From assembly GCF_009914755.1 (NCBI RefSeq), contig NC_060931.1: a stretch of DNA of 64,000 nt; one strand, written 5' to 3'. Below are positions 1 through 10,376 of this stretch, piece after piece (the first letter of the stretch is position 1; each line of letters starts with the position of its first letter). Source of the DNA: the human T2T-CHM13v2.0 reference genome, Homo sapiens. Below the pieces are notes generated by a model. The model did not search any database and was not told where the DNA came from. It saw only the letters and a list, made by a program, of their open reading frames with translations. A program made the translations under genes and the position numbers.

Positions 1-1185
1 CCTTCTGAAGCCTACTTCTGTCAGCTTGTCAATGTCATTCTCTGTCCAGCTTTGTTCTGTTGCTGGCAAGGAGCTGCAATCTTTTGGAGGAGAAGAGGTG
101 CTCTGATTTTTAGAATTTTCGGTTTTTCTGCTCTGGTTTCTCCCCATCTTTGTGGTTTTATCTACCTTTGGTCTATGTGATGGTGACCTACAGATGGGGT
201 TTTGGTGTGGATATCCTTTTTGTTGATGTTGATGCTATTCCTTTCTGTTTGTTAGTTTTCCGTCTAATAGTCAGGTCCCTCAGCTGCAGTTCTGTTGGAG
301 TTTGCTGGTGGTCCACTCCAGACCCTGTTTTCTTGGGTATCACCAGCAGAGGCTGCAAAACAGCAAATATTGCAGAACAACAAATATTGCTGCATGATCC
401 TTCCTCTGGGAGCTTCATCCCAGAGGGGTGCCTGCCTATATGAGGTGTCTGTCGGCCCATACTGGGAGGTGTCTCCCAGTTAGGCTACACAGGGGTCAGG
501 GACCCACTTGAGGAGGCAGTCTGTCCATTCTCAGAGCTCAAACACTGTGCTGGGAGAACCACTGCTCTCTTCAGAGCTGTCAGACAGGGATGTTTAAGTC
601 TGCAGAAGTTGTCTGCTGCCTTTTCTTGAGCTATGCCCTGCCCACAGAGGTGGAGTCTATAGAGGCAGTAGGCCTTGCTGAGCTGTGGTGGGCTCTACCC
701 AGTTCGAGCTTCCTGGCCACTTCGTTTACCTACTCAAGCCTCAGCAATGGTGGACACCCCACCCACAGCCAGGCTGCTGCCTTGCAGTTTGATCTCAGAC
801 TGCTGCGCTAGCAGTGAGCAAGGCTCCATGGGCATGGGACCCTCCAAGCCAGGCATGGGAAAGGTTCTCCTTGTCTGCCGGTTGCTAAGACCTTGGGAAA
901 AGTGCAGTATTTGGTCAGAAGTGTCCTATTTTTCCAGGTACAGTCTGTCACGGCTTCCCTTGGCTAGGAAAGGGAAATCCCCTGACCCCTTGCACTTCCC
1001 AGGTGAGGCAACGCCTGCCCTACTTCAGCTCACCCTCCATGGGCTGCACCCACTGTCCAATCAGTCCCAGTGCGATGAACCAGGTACTTCAGTTGGAAAT
1101 GCAGAAATCATCCATCTTCTGCATCGATCACACTGGGTGCTGCGGACCAGAACTGTTCCTCTTCGGCCGTCTTGGAATGGAGCTC
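1..1185 (-). mobile_element. L1PA7/L1PA8-like LINE-1: complete 5'UTR and start of ORF1, continuing beyond the window start
   Basis: Minus strand starts TTCCAAGACGGCCGAAGAGGAACAG (L1 5' terminus). ORF1 ATG at 147 gives MGRNQSRKTENSKNQSTSSPPKDCSSLPATEQSWTENDIDKLTEVGFRR. The UTR is about 1030 bp and retains the segment at about 300-430 that L1HS lacks. Confidence 0.93.
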
Positions 1186-1253
1186 TATCTTTCCATTTCA
1201 ATGCAGCCACTTTAGCAGTTCTCTTAAAGCTGAAAATATATAGAAAAAGATAA
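747..1253 (+). other. L1 ORF0 homologue (antisense ORF in the L1 5'UTR), extended to 168 aa
   Basis: MVDTPPTARLLPCSLISDCCASSEQGSMGMGPSKPGMG...FSRY aligns by eye to L1HS ORF0 (MAGAPPPASLPPCSLISDCCASNQRDSVGVGPSEPGVG...FSRC). ATG context is gcaATGg. Expression is unknown. Confidence 0.8.
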
Positions 1254-2059
1254 AACCTTTCAACAGCTACAGTGATCCTGAAGTAAATTACTGTGTATAT
1301 GACACAGTGCATTATCAAATTGTTGCTGCATCAGCATGTCATTTTCAAAATGAAAACAAGTCTATTAAAGTGCATATCGAAGGTATAAAGTAGGATGATA
1401 GTGTATAGTTTGATCATGAGATATTGCTTGCAGTGTAAGTTTCATAGAAGAAAAATGGTTTGAGAAAATGGATCAAAGGGAAATCTCCAAGTTGACAACA
1501 ATGTGTTAAGAGAATGAGAATTTCAAAGTACAACTACTGAAAAAGCCAAATTTATGCAGACAAAGTGAAAAAGAAATGAATCAACCCTGGAAGAGGGAGA
1601 ATCAGCACATCACCGTCAAGGAAAACAAGTACAAGAATAAATGGATGTTAATTTCAGCTCACAAGACAGTAGTAATTTCAAAATAACTAAGGAAGGGAAG
1701 TGAAAAAATAAACTGCAGTGTCATAACTGACTCTTGATCCGGAGGGATGTACAAGTGTCCCTGAATAATGACTGTAGTTGTGGTTTTGCTTTTCTAGCCT
1801 CCTTGCTTGATAAAAAAAGCCTATGGAATGATGTAAAACATAAATTGCAGATAATAAGTTTGTGCCAAGGATTGGCTGGTTTAGCTCAATTTCATATCAA
1901 CTTACAATTTAACCTAGAGTATTTTACATCATCTCATCAGTTTATCCATTTAAATTGATTATCTTGATCTTCTTTTATTTTTTAAGATCATCCAGTAAAT
2001 ATGTATTCAGCATCTAACCTGTGCTAAATATTTTGCTAAGGTTGAGGGAGACATTAAAC

Positions 2060-2172
2060 TCACAACACTCCTATAAGATGGACATTATTATTACTTCCAT
2101 TTAACAGGTGAATGACTAAGGCAAAGTCATATTAGATGCCCAAGGTAACACAGCTAGTAAATGGCAGAATTG
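2060..2172. mobile_element. MIR fragment
   Basis: attattacttccatttaacaggtgaatgactaaggc...gcccaaggtaacacagctagtaaatggcag is the MIR core. Confidence 0.7.
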
Positions 2173-2173
2173 T

Positions 2174-2620
2174 TGTGTTAGTTCAGGTCCTCCAAGAAGC
2201 AGATGCCAAGACAAGAATATATGTGCAAGAGATTTATGGTATTGATCTATGTTGAAAATTTGGTGAGGAAGTTGCAGGAGCCTAACTGAGAGAGACTCAG
2301 GCCATAACGCTGGTCTGACCCTATGGAGGAAAGAGGGAAGGAAGGAAGATTGGGTAGGAAATTTCTTAGTCTCTGGTGCAGTTCTAGAAAATTTTGGCAA
2401 GGCTCATGGGAAGTCCTTGAGCTAAAGTAGCCCATATGAGGAGCCCCACATCTTGCAGAAATGGGCCTGCCTGAGTATCTCTCCCTGCTCAGCATTGCCT
2501 GGGGCAGCCCATGGAAAGGGTGGCCCAGAAATTGATGTGGTGGTGGATCCCAAGCAGCTGACCATCTGTCATTCACACTCCTGCACCAGGAAGTTGAGAG
2601 GCCATGTTACTGGTCCCACA
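2174..2620 (-). mobile_element. Old MaLR (MLT1-family) solo LTR
   Basis: Starts tgtgttagttcaggtcctccaagaagcagatgccaagacaaga...gtgcaagagatttat and ends ...ccaca, the pattern of an old MLT1 LTR in reverse. Confidence 0.65.
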
Positions 2621-5359
2621 GCTGAGATCTCAACCCATAAACCTTGTGGCAGAGAAAACATGCTCAACCCCAATGCCAAGGCAATCCTGGCATTCAACAT
2701 AAAATCAGAGAATGCAAATCTTTATATGCCGCAATTCATAAATTCTTTGCATTTTTTTAGTCTGCTTCTGCTTATATCAGAGATAGAACATCCAAGGCCA
2801 ACAATACACTTCTTGTCCTTGAGAACAGGTGGAAGTCACCTAGGAAAATGGAACATAAGGAGGATGGGATCCTCTTGTGGCATCTGTTGTGACCCTAGGA
2901 GAGACATTGTGGATGGCGAGGGGATACAAATTCTGGCTTACCTCCGTGGTCTGAGGATAGGGGGATCCTTTCAGAGTCCCTCCTATCCCTCAGGCTAACC
3001 AAGCATCTCCCCCTACCCTCAACTATTACCTGGTCCCAGGTAAGAAAGGAAGGAGGCTTTCCAGCATAGCCTTACTTTTGGCTGGGCTTGGCAAAGAAGG
3101 TGTTTGGAGTAATTATGGCCCCCCGGTCACCCATGAACTCAGACCAACCATCACTGGCCTCCCTTCCAGATGATCTCTATTTGAGCAGTTTGGTAATATT
3201 TTGGAAAGTACATTTCACTCATTTAATGGGAAAATAATTTAAATATGATTTAGATATGTATTGAAAGAATTTACTAGATATTTTAACCATGTGACTTGTT
3301 GTTGTTGCTATTTGTATTAGGGGAAAGATGCCAGGGAAATTAGGTAACTAGTCTAAAGTCTTGCAAAAGTAGGCAGGATTTGAACTTAAGTCTGTCTGAC
3401 CTGAAGGCCACATTCCTTCTCCTCCATGGCCCCCTGCCCCAGATATTTTACTGGGCTCGGGCTTTACAAAATGCTTGTACATGTGCTATTTCATTTGAAC
3501 TGTAATATTAGCTACTATTTTCCAGTCCAGTATTATGGGACTTAAAGACGTCAGTGCCAGAAGGTCTATTGGTTCTTTTCCCCTCCTGGGACTCCTCCTC
3601 TGCCTCAGTTGCCCTCATTGGGGTATCAGCCCCCACTACAGCCATTACAACCGGCTTGGCACGTCCACAGGGGCTGCTGCCCACTGAAGTGGGTACAATT
3701 TCTTTATCCACCCATTCTTCTCCATTCCTTTCTCTTTTTTTTTTTTTTTGCCCCTTTTTTTAACCCTATCTTCATTCTTGAGTTCATTCCTGCCCTATTA
3801 CTCCTCCAAAGCACACATGCTATCCACTCTTCTTCACTTTGAGACTATGTGAGTCGTGGCCGAATAGTTCGGGAATTTATTTTGCACAATTTGCACAGGC
3901 CAGCTCCTCTCACATCTGCTTCAATGATCTCTGTCTTTATCTTCCCAGTTCTGGTGTCTTTCCTTCAGCTCTGGATTTCTTGCTTTGGTTGGAGCCACTA
4001 CCTCGACATGCTCCTGGGTAATGCTTTTTTCGTACGTGTTTTAACTTTTATTCACATGAGTGAAATTGATTTTTAAATTACCACTGTCCCTAGCAGGAAA
4101 AAGCCAGTGGCAGAGCCAGAAAGAGAATCTACTCCTCCTTGGCCCACCCTACATTCTTTGACTATCACAAATGTCCTGTGGAGAAAGAGAAACCTGCCCA
4201 CCCTGTGTGTTCCAATTTACTGAAATAACATATAAGGCATGATTTGGTTATTTTGGAATTCCTCAATTTCTGATGTTATCATACCACAGAATTTTGGGAC
4301 TATTTATCAGTTGAGTGTTAACATATCAGATCCAACTTTGTAATTCTTCTTTTTAGCAGTTGATTATATTTTTGAAGCCCACAAGCACCAATTTCAGGGA
4401 AAATATAAGCCTAAAATCATTCACTAGAAAACTACAGAACCGAATAGGAGAGTAAATATTATTTAACTTATGCTTATGATTTGATGTCTTTATTTCTTTT
4501 TTATTGTGAAGCAGAATTACCTTTGCCTAGCATTCTACTGACTCACCAGTCTAACCAATCTACCTTCTGAGGGTGGCAGCAAGATGGGCAAATCTGGAGA
4601 TGAGCTCTTTCAACAAATAAACATGATGATAGATTCCTGGAAGGATTTTTGGTGTTTTGGCCGTAACTTTCTAGTTCAAATTGCTCATTCATGAATCGTC
4701 ACAAAATGACATTCAAAAAGAAAGTAAATCTTGATTCAATTCATTATACTATGAAGCTTTTGACTTAAGAATTAGAAAAAAAACCTTTATCCAACAAACA
4801 CCCTTTTTTGGGGGCGTAGATTACTTCCTCAATTCCATCTTACCACAGAATCAAATATTCCCAAGTATCAAGTATCCTTCTCATGTGAAATTCTTGCTAT
4901 AAATGCCAAACAAGAGGAAAAAAGAAAAATGTACAAATAATTAAAACACAAATATATAGCATGTTAGTAGGCATTGTGTGAATGAAAAAATAGTTCATGT
5001 CTCTTTAGATTTATGCACAGATAAGAGATACCATTCAATACATGTGCTGATCAAAGCCTAAATATGAACATTCAATAAAGTAAAAGTGCTAACAAAAATT
5101 TGAGTTTGGCATTAGGTCACCAATAATGTTAATTGATTGTACTTATACATAATAAAAGCTAACATTTTAAATCTATCCTGATAGACAGGAATAGGAATCC
5201 ACGCTCCAGCTTGGGATCAAGAAAACTAAAATTAGTAACACTAACTGGACTCCTTACCACTAAGGAGCTCTAACCAGAAACGTTTGTTAAAATAAAAAGA
5301 TAGGGAGTGTATACTAGTATGCCTTTGGACTTAGCTAAGAAAAATGTAAAATATAAAAT

Positions 5360-7619
5360 TGTATTAGTCCATTCTCATTCTGCTAATAAGGACATACCTA
5401 AGACTGGGTAATTTATAAAGGAAAGAGGTTTAATGGACTCACAGATCTACATGGCTGGGGCGGCCTCACAATCATGGCAGAACACAAAGGAAGGGCAAAG
5501 GCATGTCTTACATGGCAGCAGGCAAGAGAGCATGTGCAGAGGAACTGCCCTTTATAAAACCAGCCGATCTTGTGAGACTTATTCACTATCACAGGAACAG
5601 CACAGGAAAAACCCACCCCCATGATTTAATTAGCTCCCACAGGGTCCCTCCCACAACACATGGGGATTATGGGAGCTACAATTCAAGATGAGATTTGGGT
5701 GGGGACACAGCCAAACTATATCATTCTGCCCCTGGCTCCTCCCAAATCTCATGTCCTCACATTTCAAAGCCAACCATGCCTTTCCAACAGACCTCCAAAG
5801 TCTTAGCTCATTCCAGCATTAACTCAAAAGTCCAAAATCTCATCCGAGACAAGGCAAGTCCCTTCTGCCTATGAGCCCGTAAAATCAAAAGCAAGTTAGT
5901 TCCTTCCTAGATTCAAGGAGGGTATAGGCATTGGGTAAATACACCCATTCCAAATGGGAGAAATTGGCCAAAACAAAGGGGCTACAGGCTCCATGCAAGT
6001 CCAAAATTCAACAGGGCAGTCATTAAACCTTAAAGTTCCAAAATGATCTCCTTTGACTCCATGACTCACATCCAGGTCACAATGATGCCAAAGGTTGGCT
6101 CACACAGCCTTGGGCAGCTCTGCCTCTGTGGCTTTGCAGGGTATAGACCCCCATCTCAGCTGCTTTCATGGGCTGGCGTTGAACGTCTACAGCATTTCCA
6201 GGCTCACGGTGCAAGCTCTCAGTGGATCTACCATTCTGGGGTCTGGAGGACGGTGACGCTCTTCTCACAGCTCCACTATGCAGTGCCCCAGTGGGAACTC
6301 TGTGTGGGGGGTTCCAACCCCACATTTCCCTTCTGCACTGACCTAGGAGAGGTTCTCCATGAGGGCCCTGTGCCTGCAGCAAACTTCTTCCTGGACATCC
6401 AGGCATTTCCATACATTCTCTGAAATCTAGGTGGAGGTTCCCAAACCTCAATTCTTGACTTCTGTGTTCCTGCAGACTCAAAACCATGTGGAAGCTGCCA
6501 AAGCTTGGGGCTTGTGCCCTCTGAAGCCACGGCTCAAGCTGTACTTTGGCTCCTTTTAGCCATGGCTGGAGCAGCTTGGACACAGAGCACCAAGTCCCTA
6601 GGCTGCACACAGCAGGGGGGCCCTGGGCCCAGCCCATGAAACCATTTTTCCCTCCTAGGCCTCTGGGCCAGTGATGGGAAGGGCTGCCATGAAGGTTTCT
6701 GATATGTCCTGGAGACATTTTCCCTGTTGTCTTGGTGTTTAACATTCAGCTTTGTTTGTTTGTTTATGCAAATTCCTGCAGTAGGCTTGAATTTCTCCCC
6801 ATAAAATGGGTTTTTCTTTTTTATTGCATCATCAGGCTGCAAATTTTCCAAACTTCTATGCTCTGCTTCATCTTGAATGCTTTGCTGCTTAGAAATTCGT
6901 TCTGCCAGATACCCTAAATTATCTCACTCAAGTTCAAAGTTCCGCAGATCTCTAGGGCAGGGGCAAAATGCTGCCAGTCTCTTTGCATATCAAGAGTGAC
7001 CTTTCCTCCAGTTCCCAACAAGTTCCTTATCTCCATCTGAGACCACCTCAGCCTAGACTTTGTTGTCCATATCACTATCAGCATTTTGGTCAAAGCCATT
7101 TCACAAGTCTCTAGGAAGTTCCAAACTTTCCTACATCGTCCTGTCTTCTTCTGAGCCTTCCAAACTGTTCCAACCTCTGCCTGTTACCCAGTTCCAAAGT
7201 TGCTTTCACATTTTTAGGTATCTTTATATCAGTACACCATTTCCCGGTACCAATTTACTGTATTTGTTTGTTCTCATGCTGCTAATAAGTACATACCCAA
7301 GACTGGGTAATTTATAAAGGAAAGAGGTTTAATGGACTTACACTTCCACATGGCTGGGAAGGCCTCACAATCGCAGTGGAAGGGAAAGGAGGAGCAAAGT
7401 CATGTCTTTCCGGGCAGGCAAGAGATTGTGTACAGGGGAACTGCCCTTTATAAAATCAACAGATCGTGTGAGACTTATTCACTGTCATGAGAACAGCCCA
7501 GGAAAAACCCAGCCCCATGATTCAATTACCTCCCACCAGGTCCCTCCCACAGCACATGGGGATTATGGGAGCTACAATTCAAGATGAGATTTGGGTGGAG
7601 ATAGAGCCAAACCATATCA
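5360..7619 (-). mobile_element. Full-length THE1 (THE1C/D-like) MaLR element: LTR 5360-5723, internal 5724-7258, LTR 7259-7619
   Basis: Two ~360-bp direct LTRs (tgtattagtc...tatca) flank a ~1.5-kb THE1-int; 5-bp TSD AAAAT at 5355-5359 and 7620-7624. Confidence 0.95.
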
Positions 7620-7684
7620 AAAATGCTTCCAGTGAATAGACCTGGGGAAAATAAAACAAAGTAATTTTTAAAAATGCTTAACAT

Positions 7685-7838
7685 GACCAGGCGCAATGGC
7701 TCATACCGTAATCACAGCACTTTGGGAGGCCAAGGTAGTAGGATACCTTGAGCCCATGAGTTCAAGGCCAGCCTGGGCAACATAGTGAGACTCTGTCTCT
7801 ACAAAAATAATAAAAATAAAATAAATAATTATGGTTTT
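7685..7838 (+). mobile_element. Alu monomer (FLAM_C-like)
   Basis: Single left arm plus A-rich tail; 15-bp TSD AAAAATGCTTAACAT at 7670-7684 and 7839-7853. Confidence 0.88.
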
Positions 7839-10341
7839 AAAAATGCTTAACATAACCCTTTCTACTTCAGCAGGAGGGATAGATTTACATTTTGGGATGT
7901 TTTCAGCATCAGATTACTCTGGGTGACCCTACCTTCAGAAGCAGATAAAAGTGGTAACAACACAATTAAGGAGTATTCTTCAGTGAATAAAATATTTGAG
8001 AGTACAGAGGTAAAGAATAAAAGTTCTGTGGTCCCATCTAGGGCTAAATGTCAACACCATAAAAATCATACTGAATCACTCTGATCCTATCACTGCAGAA
8101 CTGAAAATTATTCAATTTATTTTATACACATTGGGACCCAAATAAGTTCCAACTTATATAAAAGAATGAAAAGTAAATCCTGACAACCTACCGGAAGAGA
8201 ACACTCTGCCCCGTGCTTTCCATTCTCCTTCGAATGCGTGAGTGTCTCTCCCTGTCTCTCTGTCCTGCTCTCTCACGTCACTTTCTTTTCTCCATCTTTA
8301 TTTCACTCTTCTTTGGTGTCTCCTTTGCTTACTGACATGTATTGGGCTTTTTTCTTATGCATTGTCCTCCTCTTATTGCTTATTATTATTAGTGCTGCTG
8401 TGCGAAAAGTTTTGTTTCTTTTTTTATCATTTCAAAAGCAGAGGAGAAAAACGTTTAAATGTATATTGCTCAGCCAAAATAATGTTTATTTGCATGGGAA
8501 CTTCGATTTGTGTGTGTTTGTGTGGTATACCAGAGAGAATGGGGACAGCAATTTTTCCTATTGTAGAACGAGAAAAGGACCAACCCCTCTTCAATAACAC
8601 CAGATAATGGGTAAAGTGGCTGAAGTTAGTTATTATGTGCTTTACCAAACCTTGGAATCAAATTGTAATACAAATATTATTGTTATTCCTTCCTTTCCCT
8701 CCACATTTTTTTTAAATAGCAGTTAGGGGGAGTGATATTCCCCTACTTTGCTCTGTTTGGTCAATCTCTGGCTCATCATAAGGTAGAGACGATGTTTTCT
8801 AGGAAGCCTGAACGTAGGGTGCTTATTATTGGTGTGATGTTTAGTTTGTTAATTCCCACCAGCCTGAGACCACCAGGAGCACACCACAGAAAGGTGGGTC
8901 TGTGGGCTTGCAAGAACAGGAACATTAGAGGGGGGTGTGCACTGTGGGGAACTACGGGGCATCCTTGTAAGGGAATGTGGAGAGGAGGATATTATAGGAT
9001 TGGGGCTGGTGTCGGGTGATTTCAGGGAGTGAAGATTTGTTGTGGATTGGGTGGTGCTCAGGAATGGATGCAAATTGATAGCAGGAGGGCCAACGTGGGG
9101 CTGTTTGTCATTGGGAAAAAAGTGGTAGCCAGTCAGGTTAGCCAGATGAGGGAGCTTTTCGGTTATTTTTGTGGCCACACATGGTTTTGGTGTTCAGACA
9201 CAACGAAGGCTTTTTTTTGTTGTTTGGCCATGATCATGGAGTGAACCTGTTTGATTATTGCTGATAGTCTATGGAATTGTATTATGTTCAGGAGTCTAGC
9301 TGTTACCTCAGTCTGGCTGGTACCTGCAAACTGCCAGCTGCCAGAGCCTTTTTGTTTTTCCTTCTTTCTCGGGTCTCAGAGTAAATGTTAACCAATCGGT
9401 CAGTCCATCCATGTGTAATAGCTGCTATGCCCAGCACTGAGCTAAACATTATGAACACCATATGGGGACTTTCTCATTAATAAAACACCTACATTTAAAA
9501 AGTAATGGAAAAGAACATAAAAGAACTAGAGAATATTTAACTAATATTTGAAACTGAAGTAAATATTCTATCACTCATCCATTTTGTGCCCTAGAAGGTT
9601 CTAAATGAAAAGTTTTGGTAAAACCCTTCATTTATTTCATAGCTAAAAGAAATGGTACTGTTTGAAAATTAATTTTTATAAATAATTGAATTGTTCCTCC
9701 TCCTAGATAAGCTCAAGACACTTTGTTAAATGAACACCTGACAAAGGCTTTCATTTTTTCTAATTACAAATTAGAGATACTAGCTGGGTTGTGTCTGGTT
9801 TTTTTTCATTGTTTTTGTTTGTTTGTTTATCTTTGTTGTTGTTGTTTTTTACCTCTTGCAGCAGTTGAAATGCATGTGGTCTTTGGTTCTGTATGTTTAA
9901 GCTCTAGTTTATTACTTCTAATCTTTAAAAGATATTAAATCATTTAAATTGGCAGACACCAGTGTTTGCTGGCTGCTCGAATATTACCATTTAATACCCT
10001 ACATTGGAGAATTAAAGCATGGTGCCCTGCTATAGGCAAAGTTTAGAAGAGTCCTGCCTGTCATCTTGATGGTTTCCAACACTGAGTTTTCTCATTACTA
10101 TATTTTGGTAGGGCGAAACTGAGTATGCTGATGGTTTTTGCAGCTATGGTAGTAACATTTTTCCAGCCATCTTTAGGTATGTTTTTCAGTGGAAAGTTTA
10201 GCATTGGAAGCTTAGGGTTTTTTATTTTTTTCTTTTTCTTTTAGTGGAGTGATGTATAGGTATTCTATTTTATTACTCATTGGAAAATTATCTATTTGTA
10301 CAGTGCCTAAAACAGCTGAACACCTAGTAATTGTTCAGTAA

Positions 10342-10376
10342 ATGATGATGATGATGATAGTGATGATGATGATGAT
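10342..10376. repeat. (ATG)n microsatellite with one interruption
   Basis: atgatgatgatgatgatagtgatgatgatgatgat. Confidence 0.9.

Noticed and set aside
2453-2998. 181-aa ORF
   Set aside because: Non-ATG start inside an MLT1 LTR, with no recognisable protein features.
3508-4076. Possible processed pseudogene (T-run at about 3735-3760 flanked by short ORFs)
   Set aside because: No TSD and no recognisable parent protein on the minus strand.
8720-9350. Possible NUMT because of the G/T strand skew
   Set aside because: No recognisable mitochondrial protein, rRNA or tRNA sequence on either strand; an old LTR is more likely.
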